A stretch of DNA of 64,000 nucleotides from Malacoraja senta (taxonomy: Eukaryota), in assembly GCA_038087875.1 (NCBI GenBank), contig CM075990.1, forward strand, positions 9,054,001 through 9,118,000, read 5' to 3'. The notes under the pieces were generated by a model. The model was given only the letters and a program-made list of their open reading frames with translations, did not search any database and was not told the origin of the DNA. The position numbers were made by a program, and so were the translations under genes. How positions within the stretch are numbered: the first letter of the stretch is position 1; the number at the start of each line of letters is the position of its first letter. This document shows positions 25,287-38,925 of this stretch, in pieces.

Positions 25287-26915
25287 CAGTGGCTTGCAAA
25301 AGTTTTCATACCCCTTGAACTTTTCCACATTTTGTCACGTTACAACCACAAACGTAAATGTATTTTATTGGGATTTTATGTGATAGACCAACACAAAGTG
25401 GTGCATAATTGTGAAGTGGAAGGAAAATGATACATGGTTTTCAAATTTTTTTACAAATAAAAAACTGAAAAGTGTCGCGTGCAAAAGTATTCAACCCCCC
25501 TGAGTCAATACTTTGTAGAACCACCTTTCGCTGCAATTACAGCTGCAAGTCTTTTGGGGTATGTCTCTACCAGCTTTGCACATCTAGAGACTGAAATTTT
25601 TGCCCATTCTTCTTTGCAAAATAGCTCAAGCTCAGTCAGATTGGATGGAGAGCGTCTGTGAACAGCAATTTTCAAGTCTTGCCAGAGATTCTCAATTGGA
25701 TTTAGATCTGGACTTTGACTGGGCCATTCTAACACATGAATATGCTTTGATCTAAACCATTCCATTGTAGCTCTGGCTGTATGTTTAGGGTCGTTGTCCT
25801 GCTGGAAGGTGAACCTCCGCCCCAGTCTCAAGTCTTTTGCAGACTCTAACAGGTTTTCTTCCAAGATTGCCCTGTATTTGGCTCCATCCATCTTCCCATC
25901 AACTCTGACCAGCTTCCCAGTCCCTGCTGAAGAAAAGCATCCCCACAGCATGATGCTGTCACCACCATGTTTCACAGTGGGGATGGTGTGTTCAGGGTGA
26001 TGTGCAGTGTTAGGTTTCCGCCACACATAGCCTTTTGCATTTAGGCCAAAAACTTCAATTTTGGTCTCATCTGACCAGAGCACCTTCCTCCACATGTTTG
26101 CTGTGTCCCCCACATGGCTTGTGGCAAACTGCAAACGGGACTTCTTATGGCTTTTTTTCAACAATGGCTTTTTTTCAACAATGGCTTTCTTCTTGCCACT
26201 CTTCCATAAAGGCCCGATTTGTGGAGTGCACGACTAATAGTTGTCCTGTGGACAGATTCTCCCACCTGAGCTGGGGATCTCTGCAGCTCCTCCAGAGTTA
26301 CCATGGGCCTCTTGGCTGCTTCTCTGATCAATGCTCTCCTTGCCCGGCCTGTCAGTTTAGGTGGACGGCCATGTCTTGGTAGGTTTGCAGTTGTGCCATA
26401 CTCTTTCCATTTTCGGATGATGGATTGAACAGTGCTCCGTGAGATGTTCAAAGCTTGGGATATTTTTTTATAACCTAACCCTGCTTTAAACTTCTCCACA
26501 ACTTTATCCCTGACCTGTCTGGTGTGTTCCTTGGGCTTCATGATGCTGTTTGTTCACTAATGTTCTCTAACAAACCTCCGAGGCCTTCACAGAACAGCTG
26601 TATTAATACTGAGATTAGATTACACACAAGTGGACTCTATTTACTAATTAGGTGACTTCTGAAGGCAATTGGTTGCACTGGATTTTATTTAGGGGTATCA
26701 GAGTAAAGCGGGCTGAATACATTTGCACGCGACACTTTTCAGTTTGTAAAAAAAATTTTGAAAACCATGTATCATTTTCCTTCCACTTCACAATTATGCG
26801 CCACTTTGTGTTGGTCTATCACATAAAATCCCAATAAAATACATTTACGTTTGTGGTTGTGACGTGACAAAATGTGGAAAAGTTCAAGGGGTATGAATAC
26901 TTTTGCAAGCCACTG
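25287..26915 (-). mobile_element. Full-length IR/DR Tc1 transposon, Passport-like (1629 bp)
   Basis: TA TSDs at 25285-25286 and 26916-26917; ends cagtggcttgcaaaag...cttttgcaagccactg; about 210-bp inverted repeats with inner direct repeats near 25480 and 26715. Confidence 0.97.
25505..26541 (-). pseudogene. Tc1 DD34E transposase, frameshifted by a single 17-bp duplication
   Basis: ORF 26158-26541 (paired-like HTH, GRPPK, ARRKP) plus ORF 25505-26164 ([19 protein letters not shown]; 34 residues between D and E). 1037 nt minus 17 = 1020 nt = 339 aa plus stop. Confidence 0.95.
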
Positions 26916-27419
26916 TATATGTCAAAATGTGTTTTTTTGAGTCTGTTGCTTTTAAAATTGTATGACTGACCTGGCCAGTAAATTTCACTACACCAATTGG
27001 TGTATGTGACAATAAATGAACTTATGAACTTACTTACTTAGGTGAGCGACATGCAGTTCAACAAATGGACACTTCCAGCCCTGGCAGCAGAACACACTGG
27101 CTTGCGGACTACCTTTTCAATGAAAGGCTAAAAGCTTTTTAATCAGTATGCCATCAGAAAAGCTCTGAGCCTTCACATTATCCTTTTGTATTTTAATTAC
27201 TTCATTCATCTGATAATATCTTTATAACTCATCTGAGTCCATTGATTTAATTCTGCATTGTAACAGGTACTAGTTTAATAGCACTCTTTTTGTAATCAAT
27301 TGAAAATCAGGCATTGTCCTTCCAGTAAATGAGAAATATTACTAGTTTGGACAGACGATGATTCAAAATGAAGTAATTAACACATTTTAGAGATATGGAG
27401 AAGGGCAGGAAAATATAGA

Positions 27420-27930
27420 CCTTAAGACCATTAGAAATGGGAACAGCCACTTGGCCCCTTGAGCCTGAACTCATTGATGATCCAACTTCCTACTCCGCTT
27501 TCCAATCCTATCCATAACCCAAGGTTCCCTCACAGCTTAAAATTCATTCAATGTATTCAGAGATTCCGCCTCCATATGGTTCTGGGACTAGGAATTCTTA
27601 AAGACTACAACCCCCCGAGAGAATAAATTCTTCCTCATCTCAGTCTTAAATGGACTTGCCGATTTTGACATGATGCTCTCTGGTCCTTGACTCTCCCGAG
27701 AGGGGAACAATCCTCTAAGCATTAATGTTGTTCAGAGCTAAATATCTGACATGTCTCAATTAGATCACCTTTCACTCTTCCAAACTCCAGTGAATATAAA
27801 CCTAAATGTTTCAGCCATTCCTCATAAAGTAATGCCTCCAGCTGTAGTAAGATGTTCTTACATTTATATTATAACCCCCTTAAAATAATGCTACATTCCA
27901 TTAGACTTTCCAATCACTGCCACACCTATA
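27420..27930 (-). mobile_element. Old CR1 LINE 3' fragment
   Basis: ggccccttgagcctg...aaattcttcctcatctcagtcttaaatgg...ctggtccttgactctccc. Confidence 0.7.
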
Positions 27931-30900
27931 TTCTTGTTTTTTTTTAATTTAGAGTATTTAGATTAGAGCCAAGTGATGACAACAGTAATAAATTGATGGG
28001 GTCAGTGTCTCTTTTGTTATCGTGAAAGACTGGGTTCAGTTGGTTATTTCCATTTATTCGTGTTTGGCCACATCAATGAATATGGTGAGTTTATGTCATT
28101 TTGAATTCAGAAGCTATGATAGTTATTTTTATATTGTGAACCTGACCACATTATTTACAATTCAGCCTCCACAGATTTCTGTGACATGGAATTCTTAAAG
28201 ACTCTCAACCTCCTGAGAGTAAAACAATCTTCCTCATTTGTCTTATCATGTTATTTGTGATCACATCAGACATATCATATTGTTATGATCTTCTTGAGAA
28301 ATTTCAAGCCTACTAACTCAAAATTTATAGAGCAACTAGTGTTTAATCCCAAACATTTGAATATATTTTTGCCATTTTATAATCACTTCCAAGCATTCAG
28401 TATTGCCAGATATATCTGTTTGGAAAAAAATGCTCTGTTGGCATTCAGGATTAAAAAAACCACATTAATTTGCCTTTCAATAGTTTAACAGTTTAACATG
28501 AGTGGACATTACACTTTTTGATGAGATTAGCTAACCATTAGCTAACTTTGCTGAAATTGGAAATTTCTGTGGAATTAAATTAGATTGTCAGTCACCTATG
28601 CAATTCAGAGATTATAACAGAAAAATATTTATTATTTGTTGGATAGAAAAAAGATTATCATAAATTTATATGAATATATATATCTATCTGCATGGCTACA
28701 TATCCGCTAGTCGCCTTGAATCGCCTGAAAATTTTGCTCAGATGTCAGTCAAGTTGCTTCATGAGTTTTCTTTTTGAAGTGAAGATTTCTACCAGTTTGG
28801 TTTTATTCTTGAAATTTATTTTCTTTGAAAGGAAGTGATTCATAGTAATGTAAATGTCAATAATTCATGTGATAGGGACCATTGTACATTTAAACATCAT
28901 ATTAAACGGAATTGTCGCCAGCTCTCTTAGGGCAATGTAATTCATGTGGCCCAGTCAGGATTACCATATTCCAAAAGCAAAATGATGAGCAGAGCAATGA
29001 AAGGTCATTGACCTGAAGCAGTTTCTCTGTGTCTGCATATGCCACAAGTGCACTGAATTTGTAAGCTTGCAAGTGCGATTCCAAAAATAGGTGCAAGAAA
29101 AGGAAAAGACACTTGCAATGACAAAGAGCCAATTCTCCTGCTGGTTATGCCTACAGTATATTCATATAAACCACTAATTCATAGAATCTGAATATCAAAA
29201 GCTTTAGATACTCAGCAGGTTTCGCAGCATTTGAGAAAAGAAAAGCAGTCATCATTTTAAATCGAGCCCTTGAAAACATTCACTGTTTTATTGTGCCTGA
29301 CTTGCTAGCATTTCATAATTTTATTTCACATTTCTGCTATCTTCAGTATTTTATCTTTGAAAATTGGTGCTCATGTTTAGAGCATATAAGCATTTCACAA
29401 ATTATAATCATACATTCAGCTGAAAGCCACACACCAGATTAGTTAAGTAAACCACTATTCCCTTCCCTGATGTTGTTATATGTGTAAATGATCTATACTT
29501 AGTCCCAAATGCTTTGTCATCTACAACTATAAATTACCGTGTGTATTAAATTTGGGTTAGATTGTATATGCTATTTTTTGGATTCTAAAACATATTGTCC
29601 TATCTGATTATATTGCAAACAACAGACAACCCCTTGGGCATAGTTTAGAAAACTCCTTACTAAAACACTTGGCAGCATTTCCCAAACCCATCACCTCTAC
29701 TGTCAAGAAGGAAAGGACAGCAATTGCATGGAAATATCACCACCGGCATATTATTCTACTAATCATACAGTACATCATTCTGGTTTGTAATTATAACACT
29801 GTTTCTTGCCCCAATTGAGTCCCAATTGACCTAACAACCCAGTGGGAATATTTTCACAAGGCCGCCCCTGCCCAATAGCTCAGTCCCTGTATTACAAAGG
29901 CATTGGAATGAGAAACATCCATATCCTAAGAAAAAGCAATAAATGAACGATTTAGCACCCTATACACAACTATAAAAGGCAAGAGAAAATTCCTGCATTA
30001 ATCACTTAGCATACTGATTGTTCCAAAGTATTTATGACCAGTACCAAACCAGTAACAAATGATCTGAAATATATGTTCTTATATATGTAGAGTACGCTGG
30101 TAAAAATAGGCATTAAACATTACACAAAACAGTTGTGTGTGTGGTTGAAAGAAAAACTTGCTTGGCATCCTTCACATTAAACCAACGTTAGATAGTTTCA
30201 ATTACACCATTCCATCAATACAACATGGAAAACCTTTGTTGCAATAACCCTCATACTGATTTTGAGCTCTTGAATTCCAAATACAAATTACTTCTTTGAT
30301 TAACTACAAATACTTCATGATTACATGTTACTCATTGGGAACTGACAAAACCAAGTTCCACTTGCTACACCAGATTCAGCATTGTAACATGGATCACTGC
30401 CATGAAATAAATTGAAATGTTAGAACTCAATATAGTTTGGAAAGTTGATTCAGCATTGTGAACATCTTCACTACCTATTATGACAGTCGGTTATGAACAA
30501 TGCAATTCATCACCATGTATTAGGCAGGCGGCTGCGAAGGTCTAACTTGCGTGGAGCTGTAATCAAATGTTTTTATATTATTTGTTAAAAATGGATATTA
30601 CAAAAAGCACAACAATCCTCCCCGATCTCCAACGTTCCCTGAGAAAGTGATGGCTTAAGTTCTAGGATCTCTGGAGTGTTTTTGTGGAAAGTACACCCAA
30701 TATACTGTTGGATGTGGAGTTCTAGTATTTAAACTGAAATAATTAGATGGAAATGCTTTTGATCACATGCTTCTCTCAAGTACCACCAGCTTTATAAAAT
30801 GCATTCACAGATTCTTCTAACTTGCGAACTAATGCCAATTTAAGTAGCCAGAATAATAGAGCACTGAAGAAGACCCATCAATCCATCATGTCAATTCATT

Positions 30901-31149
30901 GAGGACCCATCTATACTAATCATATTTACTAGCATTCAATTTGTAGCGTTGTATGCCTTGTCGATTCAAGTGCTCATCTCCTTCCTGATTGAAGGAGTCC
31001 AAGAAATTGGTGAGAATGAGTAAGGCAATTAGTGAGATTGAGTAAGGCAGAGTCCAGTAATTAGTGTTATTCCCTGCACTTTTCTTGTTCATACTCACTA
31101 TATCTCTGGATGGACAAAGTTCAGTGATTCAGAGAACAGCTCTTTGGCC

Positions 31150-31620
31150 ACAGGGAGGAGATCGTTGAGGTTGGATCCTGGCGATGACCTTTCAAGTGGC
31201 AGATAGCAGGGAGACTCCTCTATAGTTACTGCATTCAGACTGATCTACTTACATGAAAAGACATCCATGTTCATCTCTCAGGATTATCCTCTTCGCTGAT
31301 GAGTGATCGCTACATTAAGTGAAGCTTTTTCACTGAAACAAATGAGTGGAAGGACTCATACATCCACAAGACACCCTATCAACATGCCCCTCTTGCTCCA
31401 CACTGCCTTGCAGATGATGGGACTTGGAAAATGGACTTTCCTCTTCCGTGGAGTCACCTCTCAAGCAGACACCGATGATGGAATTCACAGCTGCTTTAAT
31501 GAGTTGCCACAGACTTTGGTCATACAGGAAAGAGTTATTGAGCGATTAAGAGGTGGGATAAATTTCATGTAAGCTGCAGTGTTCTCTCCCCTACTATGTG
31601 GATCTTCTATTGCTCCCATT
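31150..31620 (+). mobile_element. Possible very decayed RTE-clade LINE RT fragment
   Basis: ctcttcgctgatgag (LFADE, resembling LFADD) preceded by a degenerate DGRL-like segment. Confidence 0.3.
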
Positions 31621-32412
31621 ATGGCTTTATCAGTCTCCTTGGAACTCACAGAACAAGAGTAAAAGTCAATCCAGTAGAACTACCTCAGAAAAAGATTCCC
31701 AACCAAGAATCTACTGCTTGTTAAATCAGAGCTCATGAATCATGAAGTGACAGTGGCAACACTGGCATCACTCATGTAATGGGTGACATTGTGACCTCTA
31801 TTAAGTATGCCAAGTCCCTATCAGAATAAACCTCCTGTGACAAACACAGGGTTTCTACAATTAGCTATACCATTTATGCTGTTTACAATTCCACTCCTAC
31901 TATAGGTGCATAAAATGGCGACATCCTGTCTTTAGATTTGCGCATCTCATTGTGCACCGTTAGATATTCTACCCATTAATTATAGTGCCTCTCCTGTTAG
32001 AGACACTGTCAGTCAGTGTCTTTCCTATAAGATACACTGCCAATCACACCGCCTTTCTCATTGGCAAGTGTCTTTCAATCAAAGCTTCTCTTATTAGCTA
32101 AAGCTTCTTTTAATCACGGAATGTCTATTCTTCCACAGATAAAAGTCAAGATAAGTGACACGGAGTGCAGAAAGAATAACTCACTTTCACCTTTCTTTTT
32201 TTTTAAAGTAAAATGCCCTGTGAGTTTTCACAGAAGAATTATGAGACAAAGACCAACAATGAGTAAAGAAGATACTGCAGGGATGAAGATGAAGAGATAA
32301 GAAGGAGGAAGAGGATGACAGAGCTAAGAGTTTTGCACTGTAAGCATGGTAGGTGGCGAATCGACAAGAGTGCTGACCGATAGAAATGTGTGGTTCTGGG
32401 GTTGGAGACAAT

Positions 32413-33016
32413 AAATGAATGAATGAATAAGTTTATTGGCCAAGTATTCACATACAAGGAATTTGCCTTGGTGCTCTGCCCGCAAATGACAACATGACAT
32501 ACAGTGACAGTTAAGAATGACACATAAAACATTAAACATTAATAATAAAACATTATTGATTAAACATGTGAATTAAATTAAATACCAGAGCAAAAGGAGG
32601 CTACAGATTTTTGGTTATTGAGTAGAGCTACTACTCGTAGAAAAAAGCTGATTTATGTCTGGCTGTGGCAGCTTTGACAGTCCGGAGTCGCCTTCCAGAG
32701 GGAAGTGATTCAAAGAGTTTGTGGCCAGGGTGAGAGGGGTCAGAGATGATCTTGCCCGCTCACTTCCTGGCCCTTGCAGTGTACAGTTTGTCAATGGAGG
32801 GAAGGTTGCAGCCAATAACCTTCTCAGCTGATCGAACGATTCGCTGCAGCCTCCGGGTGTCGTGCTTGGTGGCTGAGCCAAACCAGACCATGATGGAGAA
32901 GGTGAAGACAGACTCTACGATGGCCCTATAGAATTGGACCATCACTGCCTGTGGTAGATTGTGCTTCCTCAGCTGCCGCATGAAGTACATCCTCTGTTGT
33001 GCCTTTTTGACTGTCG
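32413..33016 (-). mobile_element. Rex1/Babar (L2-related) LINE 3' fragment
   Basis: Minus ORF encodes KKAQQRMYFMRQLRK...VESVFTFSIMVWFG...LQRIVRSAEKVIG. 3' tail is aataaa followed by (attc)n. Confidence 0.85.
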
Positions 33017-36000
33017 AAGGGATCCGGAGATGAATTTTGTACAGAGATGGTTGTATCATATAATCATAGAAAAGTACAGCATGGAAACCGACCCTTACAA
33101 TCCACAGCCCACTTGTCCATGCCATGTCCCTCTACTTCTTACCTATCCAAAGAACTGAGAAACAAAAGCAGAAGTATGCCCTCCAGCTGACTCAAACCTG
33201 GAACAGTGTTGCATGATAAATAGGTAACAGAAATTGGATATGTTTACAGGAAATGGGGACTAGGAGGCCAAACAAGAACAAGTTAGACTAGTCGTGACTG
33301 GGGATAACTAGATGGAGAGGAAGATGATGAAGGACATTTCTGATAAAGGATATAGATTAATAACTTACTTCAGGGTTCAGTAGTAAGATCTCACAGTACA
33401 ACTTGGTTAGAGAGAGTTGTCCAGGGAGGACGTGCATTCAGAGTGGATGATAGATTCTATAGCACCTAGCTACAGAATAAATAAATTATAAAAATCTTTT
33501 ACAATCTAAGATTTTATAAAAATCTTATAAATACTGCAGTCATAAGAGCAGATCAGAGTATATATACATCTACAACCTACTAAACACAGTTTAAGAGTGG
33601 CTAAAAGGCAAGGACTGCAGAAATTCAAGATGTTGGCCCATGAACAATAGGCAATAAGTTCTGGCTTCATCAGTGACATCCAGATACCTAACCATGAATA
33701 TATTCTTTAAAAAAAACAAGACCTTTGTGAGGTGATGTAGGAAAGAAAAGAGGAATTTGAAGTAAATGTTCCACGGCTAGTGACCAGAGGAATCTTTGGA
33801 CTAGTGGACTCGGAGAAGTTTGTGGACTCGAAGAATGGTATTATTGTTAGCTATGAAGAAAACCATTAACTCACAGTTCTCAGATGAGATTTAAGGAACA
33901 GATGGCATCTGAAGGAAATAAATAGAGAAGGATGCTCACCAGGAAGACTCCACATCAGTAATCATTGATAGTAAACATGAAGCTTCAGTGGTGTTTAATG
34001 GGGATTAGCCAGAAATAGACAATGTTAATTATGTGAACGATTTGCTCATGTTGTGCCCCTTGCCATATTAAAAGTTATGTGGTGTTCATTGCATGGGAGA
34101 TGCTCAGATTGAGAGTTAATATTTTACTGGGGTCAGGATATATCAATGGAGGAAGGAAGACTGCACAGATAATTTAGCTGCAGAAATATATGTTTACAAA
34201 TGGCTAGAAAGCTGCGAGGTTGCAGTGCTTTTGCCAGCAACATGGAGCAGGTCTTGTTCCATGAATGGAGGGGCAAGGAAAGGAGGCTGGAGGTTTGGTA
34301 GGGCAATAGTGATGCTAAGAAAAAAAACCTGAAAAAATTGAGATAGGTTGACTGTATACCAAGGGAATGAAATAGACGGGCCACGTGGGGTAGTCGTCAA
34401 GAGGATTGCAATTAAAGAACAATGTTAATGTAACAAAATAGAGAAGTGAGAGCAGTCCCAGTAGAAATGGAGACCAAAGAATTATTTCCTGTCAATCAAA
34501 GAGCACTGACCCCATTGCAAATACATTGTCTGTCAAATACAGCATCAAGCTTATCATAAACAGAAAGCCCATCAATCATAGACACACAATCCCATTGCAA
34601 ACACAGTGCCCATCAATCATGGAATGCCAATGTTGTTACAAAAATCTAACCATTTAATCATAGAATAACTTTGCCAGTACAAGTTGTTTGTCAATTTACC
34701 ATTATTACTGGGTTAGTGACAATTCATTTTCTCAGATGGCAAATGATTGCAAAATTAGAAAAGACTAGAAAAGGAGTATTCACTGTGATGGATCTTCAAC
34801 GATAATTTAGACTTTTGTTTTCTTGAATGATTTGCTAATTTCAAATCCCTCAATTCTTCATTACTACAAATTCTATCGAAACATTCTTAACTATTATTTT
34901 GACAGCCTACTCTTTTCTTGACAATTGCTTGGGTTTTTTATTCAGCTACAAACATAAGCATCCACTATTGATGTGACTGGAAAATAAAAACTCAAATATT
35001 TCCTGGGCTTAGTAGCTTTAAGAATTAAGTGTTTTTTTAGAATGGTGTGGACTGAATTGAGAGTGGTAACCATAATAAGATATAACCATTTTGGATTCAG
35101 CTGCATTTGTTCACTGAAAACGTGCAAATATTTTAACAGTAAATAAAATGCTGTCGGATATAGAATTCTACATTAAGATGCAGTTCCACATGACTATTTA
35201 GGGCCCTTAAAGATTATCCTTCAGGATTGCTGAACCAAATGATTGAAGGCCTTGTATTGCAAAAACAAAAATGTATCGTGATCATTTATTGAATTTCCTC
35301 ACTTTGGAATAACAGTATCAGCGAGGAGATTTCAGTGTTTAAAAAGCGAGTTAAAATGTCTGTAATTTTCTTCAGGACTTGTAGTGGAACTATACGTGTG
35401 CAGACACACGTCTACAGGCAAGCAAAGCTCCACAGGAAGCTAATTAACAAGTTGTTTCATCCTGTGGGCCCAATTAAATTCAATATAAATTTAAACTGCA
35501 AATCTAATATAACATGCCTTGACCTGAAATGCAGTGCAGTTATTCTTTACTGGAATGGCAATTTAAACCGTATCAAAATTCCAAATAATGTCTGAGTGTG
35601 ACAGTGAGTTGGTCCCAAATTACAAATTGCTTTCTTCTATGGAGTTTCACATGCATTGCTCAGTTCAAGAATATTTACTTTGCAGATTAACCTTAAATTC
35701 ATAGAGCAGTTTGTCTCATCCATAGATTATTCTACATAATTACTGTCCACTGACAGTACCACTGAATAGTTACCACTGTTAAATAGGCAAAAACAACCAC
35801 CAATTTCCACTGATCAAGTTCCCATTAGTTTTAATCTGTTTTTCATTATAATAGCAAGGACAACAGAAGGGTTCCCTGGTGTCGTTGTAAGTAGTTTCAA
35901 GGGATTTGATACATTCCCTTTGCATTATTTGAAAGCTTGACTCTTGAGCAATGCAGTGCCCCTTCAGTTGGCACTAAAATATTCTGCACACAAAATTAGA

Positions 36001-36074
36001 AATTAGTGGTGCCTGAAAAAGAGTATTACCAGCTATTTACAGCAGGGGTAAAATTGTTACAGACAACATATAAA

Positions 36075-36650
36075 AAAAATCTGTAGATGCTGGAAATCAG
36101 AAAAAACCCGAAAATGGTGGAAAAAATCAGCAGCATTGGTGGAAAGAGAACAAGGACAACATTTTAAACCAGAGGATTATCATTCCCAACTGTTTGCTGA
36201 ATTTGAATCTTGAGTGAAATGAAACGAGGAGAGAAAATCTTGGAATTACTTCATGTATAAAAACTTGGAATGAGATTTATGTTCTTGAGAACATCCCTCC
36301 CACAAAATGTGTCAATTATTTGATATGTCAATAAGTCTACATTTATGAAATATTTCAAAGTACTCTTAATATATAATGTAAACATTTAAATGTTCAAAAT
36401 GAAAAGGTGTTGGGAAATTCAAAATAAAACCAGAAAATGCTAGAAACACTCAACAGGTCAGGCAAATGGTCAGAATAAATAAAGAAGCGTCAGAAGGAGG
36501 GTCCCGACCCAAAACATCACTTATCCATTTTCTCCAGAGATGCTGCCTGACCCGCTGTTACTCCAGCATTTTATGTCTATCGTTAGAATAATTAAGTTTC
36601 TTTCTCCACAATTACCTGAATAGCTGTATATTTCCAGCAAGTTCCATTTT
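36075..36650. mobile_element. Cluster of Penelope-derived repeat fragments
   Basis: ctgtagatgctggaaatc (36081), gaaaatgctagaaacactcaacaggtcagg (36433), gggtcccgacccaaaacatcac...ctccagcatttt (36499-36572). Confidence 0.6.
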
Positions 36651-36679
36651 TACTATTAAATATGATTTAAGATTACAAG

Positions 36680-37300
36680 GTCATAAGTAATAGGAGCAGA
36701 ATTAGGCCATTTGGCCCATCAAGTCTACTCCACCATTCAATCATGACTGATTTATCTCTCCCTCCTAACCCCATTCTCCTGCCTTCTCCCCATCACCCCT
36801 GACACCTGTACTAATCAAGAATCTATCTATCTCTGCCTTAAAAATATCCACTGACTTGGCCTCCACAGCCTTCTGTGCCAAAGAATTCCACAGATACACC
36901 ACCCTCTGACTAAAGAAATCCCTCCTCACCTCCTTCCTAAAGGAACAACCTTTAATTCTGAGGCTATGATCTCTAGATCTGGACTCTTCGACTAGTGGAG
37001 ACATCCTCTCCACATCCACTCTATCCAAGCTTTTCACTATTGGGTAAGTTTCAACGAGGTCTCCCCTCATTCTTCTAAACTCCAGCAAGTACAGGCCCAG
37101 TGCTGTCAAACACTCATCATAAGTTGACCCATTCATTCCTGGGATCATTCTTGTAAACCTCAGCTGGACCCGCACCAGGTCCAGCATACCCTTCCTCAGA
37201 TATGGTGCCCAAAATTGCTCACAATACTCCAAATGCAGCCTGACCAGCATTCCATCTCTGTTTTTGTATTCTAACCCTCTTGAAATAAATGCTTGAAATA
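36680..37300 (-). mobile_element. CR1 LINE 3' fragment
   Basis: ORF 36765-37250 encodes LVRLHLEYCEQFWAPY...SRSRDHSLRIKG...VVYLWNSL. Confidence 0.93.
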
Positions 37301-38106
37301 AATACTGGTCTTTTATGACAATATTTTATAAATACTAAAAGTAATTTGGTGGCACAGACCACACAACATCCACAATCTTATTGTCTGTTACATCTAGCAA
37401 TTGCCCTGTTATTAGATATTCACAGATTAATCACTAAGAGGCCACATAATTTAAAAAAAATTGAAATTAGCTAAATTAGATAGTTCTTTGTCGCGCATAT
37501 GGTTGTATACAATTCTCGATTGTATTTTCTGATGGACACTGTAAAAAGCTGAATCTCTCACATGCAACTCGTTCTTTAACTGCTCAGCCCTTATTTTTTG
37601 CAAGCACTCTTGGCCAGTGCAGAAAATTAATGGAATTCCACCTAATACTTCTTTTCAGGCAGTCTCTTGGGATGGACTATAGTTCTGTGAGTTATGAAGT
37701 AGTTGATGAGGCCAATGATAAAGCTAGTTCTTTTCCACAATCTAGAATATATCTTGAAAGCGACGACTTCTTAAGTAGTTATTTTAGTTGTTTAACTTAC
37801 AAGAATCTGGGAGATTCAGGAAAGAGCCACTATTTCATCACCCAGATTGGTGATTTGGAACACAGCCCAAAAACATATGGTATATAGTAGCTAATGGGCC
37901 TGCAAGCCAAAGGGCTCAAGTTCAAAATCACACAGCAGGTTGTGAAATTGAATTCAATAAATCAGGTAATTTAAAGCCAGAAAAAAATTCTAAGAATGTT
38001 TATCTGCATTCAACACCATGATGTTGGTTCTTACAACTGTCAGGAGAAGAATGGGTGGAAGGTATGTCATTTGCTTGTTATAAAAATACGTAAAACAGGA
38101 GAATAG

Positions 38107-38207
38107 GGTGATAGAGTGATACAGTGTGGAAACAGGTCCTTCGGCCCAACTTGCCCACACCGGCCAACATGTCCCAGCTACACTAGCCCCATCTGCCTGC
38201 ATTTGGG
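38107..38207 (-). mobile_element. HER1-type LINE 3' tail (truncated)
   Basis: gatacagtgtggaaacaggtccttcggcccaacttgcccacac. Confidence 0.85.
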
Positions 38208-38211
38208 AGGT

Positions 38212-38829
38212 GAGAAGGGGGGGGGGGGGAGAAGAGGGGGGGGGGAGAAGAGGGGGGGGGGAGAAGAGGGGGGGGGGAGAAGAGGTGGAGACACTTTTAA
38301 AAAGACAGACAACTTTTAACTTCGTTCTGAAAACTCGTGCTTACGTTTTTTCCCCCCCAAAGAGCCAATTAAAATGCCCGGTCAGCAAAGGAGATTGCCT
38401 ACGGCTACCTTGACTACCTATAACTACATGGCGACCCCACTACCACTGCACTACGAGTTCAAAAGAACCATGCCGACCATGGTGAATTTTTCAGCACGTT
38501 GAAAAATTTTCCTCGACCAAACTGAGGGTGCGAGTATGCAGGAACATCTCTCGAGCATGAGGGAGAGTTAAGCCCCTGTCCCACTTAGGAAACCTGGACG
38601 GAAAGCTCTGGAGACCTTGCGCCCCACCTACAGGATCTTTGCTGCCGACCGCACACACACTCACAAACACATCGCGAAGGTGGGGGCCAGAGACAGCGGA
38701 GGTGCGCTGTCTGCCCGATGAAAGATAAGGTAAACGGCTGTCACAGAGCACGGTAAGTCCTTCAGAGAGTGCGGGGCGGAGGGAGAGAAGGGTAGAGAAG
38801 AACAGACAGAGGGGGGGGGGGGGTGGTGT

Positions 38830-38869
<40 letters not shown>

Positions 38870-38874
38870 GTGCG

Positions 38875-38925
<51 letters not shown>

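Larger units (their letters stand above)
25181..27040 (+). mobile_element. LINE 3' UTR (L2/Rex1-Babar-like) split by the Tc1 insertion
   Basis: 25181-25284 appears to continue at 26918. It ends in the palindrome tacaccaattggtgta, then tgtgacaataaa and a (tgaactta)n tail. Confidence 0.6.
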
